From the NCBI GenBank assembly GCA_035063585.1, contig JAPSGB010000012.1:64001-128000 (forward strand): DNA of 64,000 nt, in the 5' to 3' direction. This document shows positions 29,386 to 39,675 of this stretch, in pieces. A program made the translations under genes and the position numbers. Source of the DNA: Polyangiaceae bacterium. Its GTDB lineage: Bacteria; Myxococcota_A; Polyangia; Polyangiales; Polyangiaceae. Position 1 is the first letter of the stretch. Every line of letters begins with the position of its first letter. Below the pieces are notes generated by a model. It searched no databases. It was given only the letters and a program-made list of their open reading frames with translations, and had not been told where the DNA came from.

Positions 29386-32100
29386 ATGAACCGCATGGAA
29401 CACGAGCCGCCGGCTCCGCAGCAGCTCTCCGGCTACCGTCACGACGAGTCGGACAAGGATCCGACCGAGACTCGCGAGTGGATCGAGTCGATCGAGCAGG
29501 TGATCGCGGCTTCCGGGCGCGACCGCGCGCGCTACCTCCTCCGGCGCGTGCTCTCGAACGCGGGGCGCAACGGGGTCATGCCGGTGGGCCCGCTCGTCAC
29601 CGACTACGTGAACACCATCCCGCGCGAGGAGGAGCCGCCGTTCCCCGGTGACGAGGCGATGGAGAAGCGCATCCGGCGTATCATTCGTTGGAACGCGGTG
29701 GCGATGGTCCAGCGCGCGAACAAGCGCTTCCCCGGGATCGGCGGACATCTCTCGTCGTACGCGTCGATCGCGAGCCTCTACGAGGTGGGGCTGAACCACT
29801 TCTTCCGCGGCAAGAACGCGCCAGGGGGCGGCGATCACGTGTTCTTCCAGGGACACTCGGCGCCGGGCATGTACGCGCGCGCGTTCCTCGAGGGCAGGAT
29901 CTCGGTCGACACCCTCGATCACTTTCGGCGCGAGACCGAGCGCGGGCGCGGGCTGCCGAGCTATCCGCACCCGCGGCTGGTCGACAATTTCTGGGAGTAT
30001 CCGACCGTGAGCATGGGGCTCGGCCCGCTCATGAGCATTTATCAGGCGCGCTTCAACCGTTACCTCGCGGCGCGCGGCCTCTCGGACACCTCCCAATCGC
30101 GCGTGTGGTGCTTCATGGGTGACGGCGAATCGGACGAGCCCGAGTCGCTCGGCGCGCTCGGCGTCGCGTCCCGTGAGGGGCTCGACAACCTCACCTTCGT
30201 CGTGAACTGTAACCTCCAGCGCCTCGATGGGCCGGTGCGCGGCAACGGCAAGATCATCCAGGAGCTCGAGGGGATCTTCCGCGGCGCGGGGTGGAACGTC
30301 ATCAAGGTCATCTGGGGGCCCGAGTGGGATGACCTGCTCGCGCGGGACGTCGACGGCGTGCTCCGCCGCCGCATGAACGAGGTCGTCGACGGTCAGTGGC
30401 AGAAGTACACGACCGAGCCGGGGAGCTACACGCGCCAGCACTTCTTCGGCACCGACCCGCGGCTGCTCGCCATGGTCGAGCATCTCTCGGACGAGCAGAT
30501 CGAGCGGCTCCGTCGCGGCGGGCACAGCCTGCGAAAGATCTACGCGGCCTACAGCCAGGCGATCGCGACCAAGGGTCGCCCCACCGCGATCCTCGCCCAC
30601 TCGGTGAAGGGTTGGACGCTCGGGCGTCACATCGCCGGGGCGAACGTCACGCACCAGAAGAAGAAGCTCGATCACGACGAGCTCCGCGCCTTCCGCGACA
30701 CGCTCGAGCTCCCCGTCCCCGACGACAAGCTCGAGGAGGCGCCCTTCTACCACCCGGGGAAGGACAGCCCGGAGGTTGCCTACCTCCTCGAACGCCGGCA
30801 CGCGCTCGGCGGCGTGATCCCGACCCGGCGCACACAGGTGAGCGTCCCGCTCGAGGCCCCGGTAGCGTCCCTCTACGAGGAGTTCTACGAGGGCATGAAG
30901 AAGGGTGAGGCGTCGACCACCATGGTCTTCGCGCGGCTGCTCTCGAAGCTCATTCGCGATCCGACCATTGGCCCGCGCGTGGTGCCCATCATCCCGGACG
31001 AGGCGCGCACCTTCGGTCTCGACGCGCTCTTCTCGCAGGTCGGCATCTACTCGTCGCACGGACAGCTCTACGAGCCGGTCGACAAGGGCAAGCTCCTCTA
31101 CTACCGCGAGACGAAGGACGGGCAGGTGCTCGAGGAGGGCATCACGGAGGCCGGCGCGATGGCGAGCTTCATCGCGGCAGCGACCGCCTACTCGAACCGC
31201 GACCTCCAGATGGTGCCGTTCTTCATCTACTATTCGATGTTCGGCTTCCATCGCGCCGGGGATCTCATGTGGGCCGCCGGTGACATCAAGGCGCGTGGCT
31301 TCTTGCTCGGCGGCACCGCCGGCCGCACGACCTTGAACGGAGAGGGACTCCAGCACCAGGACGGCCACAGCCCGCTCGTGATGGACGTCATCCCGAACAT
31401 GGTCGTCTACGACGTCGCGTTCGCCTACGAGCTCGCGGTCATCATCGAGGAGGGGCTCCGCCGGATGCTCAGGAACGGCGAGGACGTCCTCTATTACATC
31501 ACGCTCCAGAACGAGAATTACCCCATGCCCGCCATGCCCGGAGACGTGAAGGAGTCGATCCTGCGGGGCATCTACCGCTACTCGGCGGCGGCCGAGCGCC
31601 GCGCGCTCCACGTGCAGCTCTTCGGCAGCGGCTCGATCCTGCTCGAGGCGCTCCGCGCCCGCGACATCCTGACGGAGCGCTTCGGCGTGAGCGCGGACGT
31701 CTGGAGCGTGACCAGCTACGGCGAGCTCCGTCGGGACGCGCTCGAGTGCGAGCGGCAGAACCGCCTGAACCCCGCGAGCGCGCCGCGAGTGCCGCACCTC
31801 GCGCAGGCGCTCGACGGCGTACCCGGGCCGTTCGTCGCGGTGAGCGACTACCTGAAGCTCCAGGCCGAGCAGGTCGCGCGCTGGGTGCCCGGGCGGCTGG
31901 TGCCGCTCGGCACCGACGGCTTCGGGATGAGCGACACCCGCCAGGCGCTCCGACGGCACTTCGAGATCGACGCCGAGAACATCGCGCTCGCGGCGCTCGA
32001 CGCGCTCCGTCAGGATGGCAAAGTCGAGGCGTCGCTGGTCGCGCGTGCGGTCGAGGAGCTCGGCGTCTTGCCCGAGAAGATCTCGCCGATGTCGGTCTAG
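29386..32100 (+). CDS. aceE: Pyruvate dehydrogenase E1, homodimeric type
   Basis: DPTETREW, QGHSAPG, GDGESDEPES, NLQRLDGPV, GEGLQHQDG and LGTDGFG motifs. Confidence 0.96.
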   Translation: MNRMEHEPPAPQQLSGYRHDESDKDPTETREWIESIEQVIAASGRDRARYLLRRVLSNAGRNGVMPVGPLVTDYVNTIPREEEPPFPGDEAMEKRIRRIIRWNAVAMVQRANKRFPGIGGHLSSYASIASLYEVGLNHFFRGKNAPGGGDHVFFQGHSAPGMYARAFLEGRISVDTLDHFRRETERGRGLPSYPHPRLVDNFWEYPTVSMGLGPLMSIYQARFNRYLAARGLSDTSQSRVWCFMGDGESDEPESLGALGVASREGLDNLTFVVNCNLQRLDGPVRGNGKIIQELEGIFRGAGWNVIKVIWGPEWDDLLARDVDGVLRRRMNEVVDGQWQKYTTEPGSYTRQHFFGTDPRLLAMVEHLSDEQIERLRRGGHSLRKIYAAYSQAIATKGRPTAILAHSVKGWTLGRHIAGANVTHQKKKLDHDELRAFRDTLELPVPDDKLEEAPFYHPGKDSPEVAYLLERRHALGGVIPTRRTQVSVPLEAPVASLYEEFYEGMKKGEASTTMVFARLLSKLIRDPTIGPRVVPIIPDEARTFGLDALFSQVGIYSSHGQLYEPVDKGKLLYYRETKDGQVLEEGITEAGAMASFIAAATAYSNRDLQMVPFFIYYSMFGFHRAGDLMWAAGDIKARGFLLGGTAGRTTLNGEGLQHQDGHSPLVMDVIPNMVVYDVAFAYELAVIIEEGLRRMLRNGEDVLYYITLQNENYPMPAMPGDVKESILRGIYRYSAAAERRALHVQLFGSGSILLEALRARDILTERFGVSADVWSVTSYGELRRDALECERQNRLNPASAPRVPHLAQALDGVPGPFVAVSDYLKLQAEQVARWVPGRLVPLGTDGFGMSDTRQALRRHFEIDAENIALAALDALRQDGKVEASLVARAVEELGVLPEKISPMSV

Positions 32101-33161
32101 CCGAGAGCGCGCGCCAGCTTGCGGTGCGCGGCCGGCATGGCGAGCTCGCCGAGCTCGCCGCGTGCGCTCCACCTCGCGCCCTCGATTCGAAGCCGCTCCG
32201 AGGGCGTGGCGCGATAGGCGTCGAGCGTGACGAGGTAGCGGGTCACGCGATGACGAACGCGAAGCATGAGCTCGGCGCGCTCCACGCGCGCGCCGAGCAG
32301 GCGACCGAGCGCTCGCTCCGGGGGCTCGCCGGGGTCGAGCGCGCGGTTCGGGAATTGCCAGAGCCCCGCCCAGCGCGGCGCCTCCGGCGGCACCTGACGC
32401 ACCAGTACGCGCCCGCGCCGCTCGACGATCGCCGCGACCATCGTGAGCGGCTCGGGAGGCGCGCGCTTCGGGAGCTCGGGCAGCTCGCGCTCGACGCCTC
32501 GTGCGCGACCGAGGCACAGCTTGGCGAGCGGACACGCCTCGCAGCGCGGCGCGCGCGGGACGCACACGGTCGCCCCGAGCTCCATGAGCGCCTGGTTGAA
32601 GTCGCCGGGGCGCTCCGCAGGGACGAGCGCGGCGGCGCGTGCGGCGAGCTCTCTCGCGAGCGGCGCGCGCTTCGGATCACCCGGGAGCGCGTAGAGGCGG
32701 GTGAGCACGCGCACCACGTTACCGTCGATCAGGGGCACGCGGCGCTCGTAGGCGATGCTCGCGATGGCGCCCGCCGAGTACGGTCCGATGCCGGGCAGCC
32801 GCGTGAGCTCGCGGACCTCGCTCGGCACCCGCCCGGCGTGTCGCTCGACCACGGCGCGCGCCCCAGCGAGGAGGTTTCGTGCGCGCGAGTAGTAGCCGAG
32901 CCCCTGCCAGACGTGGAGCACCTCGTGCTCGCTCGCGCGCGCGAGCGCCTCGAGATCGGGAAATCGCTCCATGAAGCGCAGGTAGTACGGCGTGACGGTG
33001 GTGACCTGGGTCTGCTGGAGCATCACCTCGCTCACCCAGACGGCGTAGGGGTCACGCGTCGCCCTCCAGGGCAGCTCCCGACGGTTCGCGTCGAACCATA
33101 CGAGCAGCCGCCGCGCGAGCTCTGTCGGGCGCGGGCCGGACCGGCGCTCGCTCGCCTTCAT
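32097..33161 (-). CDS. mutY: A/G-specific adenine glycosylase
   Basis: WVSEVMLQQTQV, GLGYYSRARNL, HhH LPGIGPYSAGAI, FeS CxxxxxxCxxCxxxxxC; ATGA overlap with the upstream gene. Confidence 0.95.
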   Translation of the reverse strand: MKASERRSGPRPTELARRLLVWFDANRRELPWRATRDPYAVWVSEVMLQQTQVTTVTPYYLRFMERFPDLEALARASEHEVLHVWQGLGYYSRARNLLAGARAVVERHAGRVPSEVRELTRLPGIGPYSAGAIASIAYERRVPLIDGNVVRVLTRLYALPGDPKRAPLARELAARAAALVPAERPGDFNQALMELGATVCVPRAPRCEACPLAKLCLGRARGVERELPELPKRAPPEPLTMVAAIVERRGRVLVRQVPPEAPRWAGLWQFPNRALDPGEPPERALGRLLGARVERAELMLRVRHRVTRYLVTLDAYRATPSERLRIEGARWSARGELGELAMPAAHRKLARALG

Positions 33162-33973
33162 CGGAAGCGGTCGAGCTCCACCGGATCGTGCGCGGAGAAG
33201 ACCTGCACCTCGCCCGCGTTCTCGACGGCGAGCTGGCGGATGCGCTCCAGGTTCTCGAGGCGCGCGGCCGCGTCCTCCGCGGTGACGTGCCCGAAGAGTC
33301 GGAGCAGTGGCGGACAGCGGCGCCGATCGGGATCGAGCTCGCTCCGGTGATAGTAGGCGTCGCCTGCGTGCAGGAGCCAGCCGCGCTCGCCCCGCACCGC
33401 GACGCCCGAGTGGCCGCGCGAGTGACCGGCGAGCGGCACCATCAGCACCTCGGGCGGTAGCCCCTCGAGCGCGCGCACACAGTCGAAGCCGAACCACGCC
33501 TCGCCTTCGGGTCGATAGAGCGACCAGCGCGGGCCGTGCGCCCACTGCGCGGGGCGATAGCGGCTGCGATCGCGGAACCTTCGCGCCATCGCCGCCGCGT
33601 GCTCGTCAGCGAGCAGGTGCACGGTCGCGTCGGGGAAATCACTGAGCCCGCCGGCGTGGTCGAGATCGAGGTGGGTGATGAGGAGGTGGCGGACGTCGCG
33701 CGCGTGAAAGCCGAGCGCTTCCACTTGGCGAACCGCGGTCTGCGCCGGATCGAGCACGGGCCGGATGAGCGAGGCCGTCACGCCGAGCCGGCGGGCGGGC
33801 GTGGCGCAGTCCTCGAGGCCGAGCCCGGTGTCGACCAGCGCGAGCCCGTCGGGGAGCTCGAGGAGCAGGCAGTGGCAGACCAGCTTCGCGGGCGACGAAC
33901 CGCTCCCGCCACCGCTCACCAGCCGCCCGCCCGGCGGGCACAAGGTCGCGCAGTCGAGGTGGTGGACGCGCAT
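33158..33973 (-). CDS. Metallo-beta-lactamase fold hydrolase
   Basis: THLDLDHAGG, GHSRGH, GDAYY and AHD motifs. Confidence 0.92.
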   Translation of the reverse strand: MRVHHLDCATLCPPGGRLVSGGGSGSSPAKLVCHCLLLELPDGLALVDTGLGLEDCATPARRLGVTASLIRPVLDPAQTAVRQVEALGFHARDVRHLLITHLDLDHAGGLSDFPDATVHLLADEHAAAMARRFRDRSRYRPAQWAHGPRWSLYRPEGEAWFGFDCVRALEGLPPEVLMVPLAGHSRGHSGVAVRGERGWLLHAGDAYYHRSELDPDRRRCPPLLRLFGHVTAEDAAARLENLERIRQLAVENAGEVQVFSAHDPVELDRFR

Positions 33974-34143
33974 GCCGCGGAGCCTAGACGAGACCCGGCC
34001 GGTCGAGGAGGCGAAACGCGCTCGAGCACGAGTGAGGGGGGCCGGTCCGGCGCGGCCGGCGGCCGGGCTCGGCCGGACGCCGGGCTCGCGCTCGCCGGTT
34101 CGCGCGGGCGGGGGTAGAGCTGTGCCCGAGAGAGGAGGCGCCC

Positions 34144-35502
34144 ATGCGCTCGATCGATCCGTCCACCGGTAGAGTCTTCGCGAGCTACGAGGTGATGTCG
34201 CTCGAGGCGGCCGTGCGCGCCGTCGAGGCGACCGAGCGCGCGAGCCGCGGCTGGCGCGAGCGCCCGATCGCCGAGCGCGCCGCCGTGATCGCGCGCGTCG
34301 GGAAGCTCCTCCGCGAGCGGAAGCTCGCGCTCGCCGAGCTCATGGTGCGCGAGATGGGAAAGCCGGTGGTGCAGGCCGAGGCCGAGGTCGAGAAATGCGC
34401 GTGGGTGTGCGAGCATTACGCGGAGCACGGCCCGGCCTACCTCGCGCCCGAGCCGGTGGCGACCGACGCCTCCGAGAGCCTGGTGCGCTTCGATCCGCTC
34501 GGCGTGGTGCTGGCGGTGATGCCGTGGAATTTCCCGCTCTGGCAGGTCTTCCGCTTCGCCGCGCCGGCGCTCCTCGCCGGCAACGCAGGCGCGCTCAAGC
34601 ATGCGCCCAACGTGTGCGGGTCGGCGCTCGCGATCCGCGAGCTCTGGTCGGCCGCGGGCCTCCCAGGAGGCGTCTTCGAGGTGCTGTTCGTCTCCGACGA
34701 CGACGCCGACCGGCTCATCGCGCACCCGGCGGTCTCGGCGGTGACCCTCACCGGGAGCGGGCGCGCGGGGCGAGCGGTCGGCGCAGCGGCGGGCGCCGCG
34801 CTGAAGCAGGTGGTGCTCGAGCTGGGCGGCTCGGACGCCTTCATCGTGCTCGCCGACGCCGCGCTCGAGCGCGCGGCCGAGGTCGCCGTGAAGGCGCGCA
34901 TGCAGAACAACGGCCAGAGCTGCATCGCCGCGAAGCGCTTCATCGTCGAGCGCGCGGTGGCCGCGCGCTTCGAGGCGCTGGTGGTCGAGCGCGTCCGCGC
35001 GCTCCGGGTGGGAAGCCCGCTCGAGCGCGAGACGGAGCTCGGGCCGCTCGCGCGCGCCGACCTCCGCGACGCGCTCGCGCGCCAGGTGGACGCGAGCGTC
35101 GCCGCCGGCGCGCGGCTCCTCACGGGCGGCCGGGCGCTGCCGGGCCCCGGCTTCTTCTACGAGCCGACCGTGCTCGCCGAGGTCGCACCCGGCATGCCCG
35201 CCTTCGACGAGGAGACCTTCGGGCCGCTCGCCGCGCTGACGGTCGCCAGCGACGCCGAGCATGCGCTCGCGCTCGCGAACCGCTCGAGCTACGGCCTCGG
35301 ATGCTCGCTCTTCACGCGAGACCTCGGGCGCGCGCGCGCGCTCGCCGCGCGCGTCGAGGCCGGGAGCGTGTTCGTGAACGAGATGGTGAAGAGCGATCCG
35401 CGGCTGCCGTTCGGGGGCGTCAAGGCCTCCGGCCACGGCCGCGAGCTCGGGCGGGAGGGCGCGCGCGCGTTCACCAACGTGAAGACCGTGTACTTCGGTT
35501 GA
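34144..35502 (+). CDS. NAD(P)-dependent succinate-semialdehyde dehydrogenase (Sad/GabD-like ALDH)
   Basis: AGGAGG SD; MPWNFP, LELGGSD, GQSCIAAKR and EETFGP motifs. Confidence 0.92.
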   Translation: MRSIDPSTGRVFASYEVMSLEAAVRAVEATERASRGWRERPIAERAAVIARVGKLLRERKLALAELMVREMGKPVVQAEAEVEKCAWVCEHYAEHGPAYLAPEPVATDASESLVRFDPLGVVLAVMPWNFPLWQVFRFAAPALLAGNAGALKHAPNVCGSALAIRELWSAAGLPGGVFEVLFVSDDDADRLIAHPAVSAVTLTGSGRAGRAVGAAAGAALKQVVLELGGSDAFIVLADAALERAAEVAVKARMQNNGQSCIAAKRFIVERAVAARFEALVVERVRALRVGSPLERETELGPLARADLRDALARQVDASVAAGARLLTGGRALPGPGFFYEPTVLAEVAPGMPAFDEETFGPLAALTVASDAEHALALANRSSYGLGCSLFTRDLGRARALAARVEAGSVFVNEMVKSDPRLPFGGVKASGHGRELGREGARAFTNVKTVYFG

Positions 35503-35649
35503 GGCGCGCCGCGCCGCCGGCCGCGCCGCTCCGAAACCCGAAGGCAGAGAGCGAGGAGCGGGCGGGCGCAGCCGAGGGAGGCCCGGGGGAGCGCGCCGGC
35601 CCGGGGCTTGTTCGGCCTCGTCGTTCATGTAACGCTCGCGCTCCAACCG

Positions 35650-36771
35650 ATGGGCGCGACGATTTTCCAGCTCGAGTCGATCCGAACCGACGGATGGTTC
35701 GAGCGGATCGGAGAGGGGATCGGCAGCTTTCAGGCGCTCTGCGACATCATCGGGGCGCGCTTCTTCGCGTTCGCGATGATCACCGGCGCGCGCATCACCG
35801 CGCTCACCGTGGATCGCCGCGTCCCGGAGAACACTCAGGTCGAGTTCGCCGTGGGGGGAGGCGAGGGTGAGTCCGTCTCGGAGGACACGCAGCGCCTCAC
35901 GCTCGGTGACTTCCGCCGCCGCCTGGTGGCGGCGCTCACGGCGGTCGAGCCGCCCGGCCCCCCGCCCTCGCGCCCGACCGACACCGAGGCGCTCCAGCTC
36001 TTCCTCGGCGTTCGCTATCTCCTGCTCTCCCCGCTCTACGGATACAGCCTGGAGCGCGCGAGCATCGAGCCCGACGGGCACGGAACCCTCGACTACCAGC
36101 ACGACGGCGTGCCGGGCTCCTCGACCATCGAGGAGTTCCGCGCTCGACTCCGCTCGCATGTCCGCGAGGAGCTCGAGCGGATCGCGCGGGGCGCCGGCCG
36201 GAGCGCGATCGATCTCTCGCGGGTGGGCGAGGCGGCCGACGCGGCGGCGCGAGGAGACTCGGTGCGGGTCCTCGAGCTGCTCGGGGCCTGGCCGGCGCCG
36301 CTCGCGATCTTTCTCCGGACGCCCGAGGGCCAGCTGCTCCCGCCCGAGACGCGCTCGCTCATCGCCGAGGCGCTCGGGCTGCTCGGGAGCGCCTGCATCG
36401 GCCTCGGCGAGGTCGAGAAGGGCGAGGAGGTGCTCCGCCTCGCGATCCAGTACGCGGGAGACAACCCGATCGCCGCGGATATCTACCGCCGGCTCGGCGA
36501 AGCGCTGGTCGGGGACCGGCGGGCGGGCGAGGCGATCGGGCCGCTTCGGCGCGCCGCCAACCTCGGCGCTCCGGGCGACGCGGTGTGGCCGCTGCTGGCG
36601 TCGGCGTTCGTGACGCGCGGTCGTCACGTCGCGGCGCTCGGCGCCCTGCTCGAGGCCGAGGCCGCCGGTGTTCCCGCCGCGTCGCTCGCGTCGCTGCGCG
36701 CGGCCGTCGATGACCAGCTCGGCCCCGCGCTGAAGCGGTGGATGACCTTAGTCAGTGCGGAACACCTGTAA
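35650..36771 (+). CDS. Hypothetical protein with C-terminal TPR-like repeats
   Basis: Protein-like ORF; GLLGSAC...IYRRLGEAL...EAIGPLRRA TPR pattern. Confidence 0.75.
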   Translation: MGATIFQLESIRTDGWFERIGEGIGSFQALCDIIGARFFAFAMITGARITALTVDRRVPENTQVEFAVGGGEGESVSEDTQRLTLGDFRRRLVAALTAVEPPGPPPSRPTDTEALQLFLGVRYLLLSPLYGYSLERASIEPDGHGTLDYQHDGVPGSSTIEEFRARLRSHVREELERIARGAGRSAIDLSRVGEAADAAARGDSVRVLELLGAWPAPLAIFLRTPEGQLLPPETRSLIAEALGLLGSACIGLGEVEKGEEVLRLAIQYAGDNPIAADIYRRLGEALVGDRRAGEAIGPLRRAANLGAPGDAVWPLLASAFVTRGRHVAALGALLEAEAAGVPAASLASLRAAVDDQLGPALKRWMTLVSAEHL

Positions 36772-36807
36772 TTTCACGCTGTTGCCCATCCGAGCGGGCT
36801 GCACGCA

Positions 36808-36837
36808 TTGACAGGCCGACCCGCCGAAGACTACGAA
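36808..36837 (+). promoter_or_regulatory. sigma70-like promoter of the nuo operon
   Basis: TTGACA-N18-TACGAA upstream of nuoA. Confidence 0.45.
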
Positions 36838-36898
36838 GCTCGCGGGTTCGCGTCATTTCGCGAGGTCATGATGCGACGCGTTGCGTAAAGAGAGCGCC

Positions 36899-37258
36899 AT
36901 GGTTCAGCTCTACCTGCCGATGTTCCTCATGTTTCTCATCGCCATCGGCATTTGCCTGGTGATGTTCTTCGGGGGGCAGCTCCTCGGGCCGAAGAACCTG
37001 ACCCCGGACAAGATGATGCCGTACGAGTGCGGCAACGACACGGACGGCGCGCGCCACGTGAAGATGGGCGTGAAATTCTACCTCACCGCCATCCTGTTCG
37101 TCGTGTTCGACATCGAGGTGGTGTTCCTCTACCCGTGGGCGGCGCTCTTCAAGGGCCTCGGTTGGCTCGGGTTCGTCGAGATGCTGCTGTTCATCGCGTC
37201 ACTCATGGTGGCCCTCGCCTACTGCTGGAAGAAGGGAGCACTCGAATGGGAGAGCTGA
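36899..37258 (+). CDS. nuoA: NADH-quinone oxidoreductase subunit A
   Basis: PYECG, FVVFDIEVVFLYPWA and KKGALEW motifs. Confidence 0.96.
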   Translation: MVQLYLPMFLMFLIAIGICLVMFFGGQLLGPKNLTPDKMMPYECGNDTDGARHVKMGVKFYLTAILFVVFDIEVVFLYPWAALFKGLGWLGFVEMLLFIASLMVALAYCWKKGALEWES

Positions 37259-37827
37259 AGGCGGCCGAGCAGCGCATCGTCGAGCCCGGGGGCGACCAGG
37301 GCTACGCGACCACGCGCTTCGATGACCTCCTGCACTGGGCGCAGAAGTACTCGCTCTTCATGTACCCGTTCGTGACGGCGTGCTGCGGCATGGAGTTCAT
37401 GTCCGTCTCGAGCCCTCGCTACGATTTTTCGCGCTTCGGCTCCGAGGCGCCGCGATTCTCGCCGCGCCAGAGCGATCTGCTCTGGGTGGTCGGCACCATT
37501 TCGCAGCGCCAGGCCCCGATCCTCAAGCGCATCTACGAGCAGATGGCGGAGCCGAAATGGGTGTTGGCGTTCGGCACCTGCGCCTCGAGCGGGGGATTTT
37601 ACGACAACTACTCGACGGTCGCCGGCATCGACAAGCTCATCCCCTGCGATATCTACATCCCGGGCTGTCCGCCCCGTCCGGAGGCGGTGCTCGACGGGCT
37701 GATGCTGCTCCAGGACAAGATTCAGCGCGGAGACCGCACTCCGGGGGTGGTCAAGCCACGTAACGATCCGGCCTCCGAGCAGGAGCTCGGCGTCATCCAA
37801 CTCCGCCGCTCGCGGAACCCGGGTTGA
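37246..37827 (+). CDS. nuoB: NADH-quinone oxidoreductase subunit B
   Basis: ACCGME, SPRQSD, GTCASSGG and PGCPPRPE motifs. Confidence 0.96.
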   Translation: MGELKAAEQRIVEPGGDQGYATTRFDDLLHWAQKYSLFMYPFVTACCGMEFMSVSSPRYDFSRFGSEAPRFSPRQSDLLWVVGTISQRQAPILKRIYEQMAEPKWVLAFGTCASSGGFYDNYSTVAGIDKLIPCDIYIPGCPPRPEAVLDGLMLLQDKIQRGDRTPGVVKPRNDPASEQELGVIQLRRSRNPG

Positions 37828-37869
37828 GCAGGAGCTCCCCTTCAATCGATTCAGAGGTTCGTCGAAGAC

Positions 37870-38451
37870 ATGGCCAAGGCCCTCGTAGAGCTACTAGAGC
37901 GCGAATTTGGTGAAGCGATCCTGGAGACCCACGCGCAACACGGTGACGAGACGGTGGTCGTCGCGCCGGACCGGTGGCTCACCATCGCGCGTTTTCTCCG
38001 CGACGACCCGCGCACCGACATGAAGATGCTGGTCGACCTCACCGCCGTCGACTGGCTGGATCGCGAGCCGCGCTTCGACGTGGTCGCGCATTTTCTGTCG
38101 TTGAACTTCGGGCACCGGCTCCGCATGAAGACGCGGACGGGCGACGAGGACGGCGAGCACGCCGAGGTCGACTCACTCACCGAGCTCTGGGCGAGCGCGA
38201 ACTGGATGGAGCGCGAGTGCTACGATCTCTTCGGCGTGACCTTCCGCGGGCACCCCGATCTCCGGCGGATCCTGCTCTACCCGGAGTTCGTCGGGCACCC
38301 GCTCCGGAAAGATTATCCAGCCGACAAGATCCAGCCGCTCGTGCCGTTCCGTGAAGCGGACAACATCGAGAAGCTCCCGCCCTTCGGACCGGACGAGGGG
38401 ATGAGCTTTGGCCGACAGACCCACGCCCGCTCGAGCGAGGACGAGAGCTGA
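37870..38451 (+). CDS. nuoC: NADH-quinone oxidoreductase subunit C
   Basis: ANWMERECYDLFG, GHPDLRRIL and GHPLRKDYP motifs. Confidence 0.96.
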   Translation: MAKALVELLEREFGEAILETHAQHGDETVVVAPDRWLTIARFLRDDPRTDMKMLVDLTAVDWLDREPRFDVVAHFLSLNFGHRLRMKTRTGDEDGEHAEVDSLTELWASANWMERECYDLFGVTFRGHPDLRRILLYPEFVGHPLRKDYPADKIQPLVPFREADNIEKLPPFGPDEGMSFGRQTHARSSEDES

Positions 38452-39665
38452 TGGAACCGCTCGATCTGGAGCTGGAGGCGTCCGAGCTCGAGCTCGCCGC
38501 CGAACCGATGCTGGTGAACGTGGGGCCCTCCCACCCAGCCATGCACGGCACGGTGCGCGTGGTGATGGAGTTGTCCGGCGAGACCATCGTCCGCTGCGAC
38601 GTGCAGGTCGGTTATCTGCACCGCGGGTTCGAGAAGATGTGCGAGCGCGGGACCTGGTCGCAGGTGTTCCCGTACGTGGATCGCTGCAACTACGTCTCCC
38701 CGATGCTGAACAACGTCGGGTTCGCGCTGGCGGCCGAGAAGATGCTCGGCATCACCGTTCCCGAGCGCTGCCAGTACTACCGCATGATCCTCGGCGAGCT
38801 CGCCCGGATCAGCGATCACCTCACCTGCACCGGCGCCATGTCGATGGAGCTCGGCGCGTTCACGCCCTTCCTCTGGATGATCAAGGGGCGCGAGATGGTG
38901 TGGGACGTGCTCGAGGAGGAGACCGGCGCGCGCTTGACGCACAGCTTCGGGCGCATCGGCGGGATGGCCAAGCCGCCGACGGCGGACTTCAAGGCGCACG
39001 CCAAGGCAGCGGCGGAGTTCATCCCGAGCATCCTCGACGAGATGGAAAAGGTGCTCTACGGTAACCGGATCTTCCTCGACCGGCTCGAGGGGATCGGGGT
39101 GATGAGCGCCGAGGACGCCGTCTCGCTCGGCTGGACGGGGCCCGTGCTTAGGGCGTCGGGCGTCCCCTACGACGTCCGCAAGGCTCACCCGTACCTCAAG
39201 TACGGCGAGATCGATTTCGACGTGCCGGTGGGCGAGCGGGGCGACTGCTACGACCGGTTCGCGGTGCGTGTCGCCGAGATCCGGCAGAGCATCCGCATCA
39301 TCGAGCAGTGCATCGAGCGCATGCCGGACGACGGCCCCGTGAACGTCGACGACCCGCGGGTCATCCTCCCGCCGAAGAGCGAGGTCTATACGACCATCGA
39401 GGGGACCATCCAGCACTTCAAGATCATCATGGAAGGGCTGAAGATCCCGGCCGGAGAGGTCTACTCGTACACCGAAGGCGGCAACGGGGAGCTCGGCTTC
39501 TATCTCATCAGCGACGGCAGCGGTACGCCCTTCCGGGTGCGACTGCGACCGCCGTCGTTCCTCATCACGGGCGGCCTCGAACGCCTGATCACCGGCGCGA
39601 TGGTGGCAGACGTCGTGCCTGCGTTCGGCTCCCTCAACATGATCGGCGGCGAGTGCGACCGGTGA
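38451..39665 (+). CDS. nuoD: NADH-quinone oxidoreductase subunit D
   Basis: GPSHPAMHG, GYLHRGFEK; ends GECDR. Confidence 0.96.
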   Translation: MEPLDLELEASELELAAEPMLVNVGPSHPAMHGTVRVVMELSGETIVRCDVQVGYLHRGFEKMCERGTWSQVFPYVDRCNYVSPMLNNVGFALAAEKMLGITVPERCQYYRMILGELARISDHLTCTGAMSMELGAFTPFLWMIKGREMVWDVLEEETGARLTHSFGRIGGMAKPPTADFKAHAKAAAEFIPSILDEMEKVLYGNRIFLDRLEGIGVMSAEDAVSLGWTGPVLRASGVPYDVRKAHPYLKYGEIDFDVPVGERGDCYDRFAVRVAEIRQSIRIIEQCIERMPDDGPVNVDDPRVILPPKSEVYTTIEGTIQHFKIIMEGLKIPAGEVYSYTEGGNGELGFYLISDGSGTPFRVRLRPPSFLITGGLERLITGAMVADVVPAFGSLNMIGGECDR

Positions 39666-39675
39666 GGAGCAGCTA

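Noticed and set aside
29263..32565. 1100-aa antisense ORF over aceE, and similar long ORFs (33916-36627, 51940-54594, 58250-61153, 18122-20482, 1961-4090)
   Set aside because: Shadow ORFs opposite well-identified genes; expected from high GC3 and few stop codons; Arg/Ala/Pro-rich with no motifs.
36772..36784. IHF-like site tttcacgctgttg before the nuo promoter (similar at 54657)
   Set aside because: Partial match to a degenerate consensus; cannot be distinguished from chance by eye.
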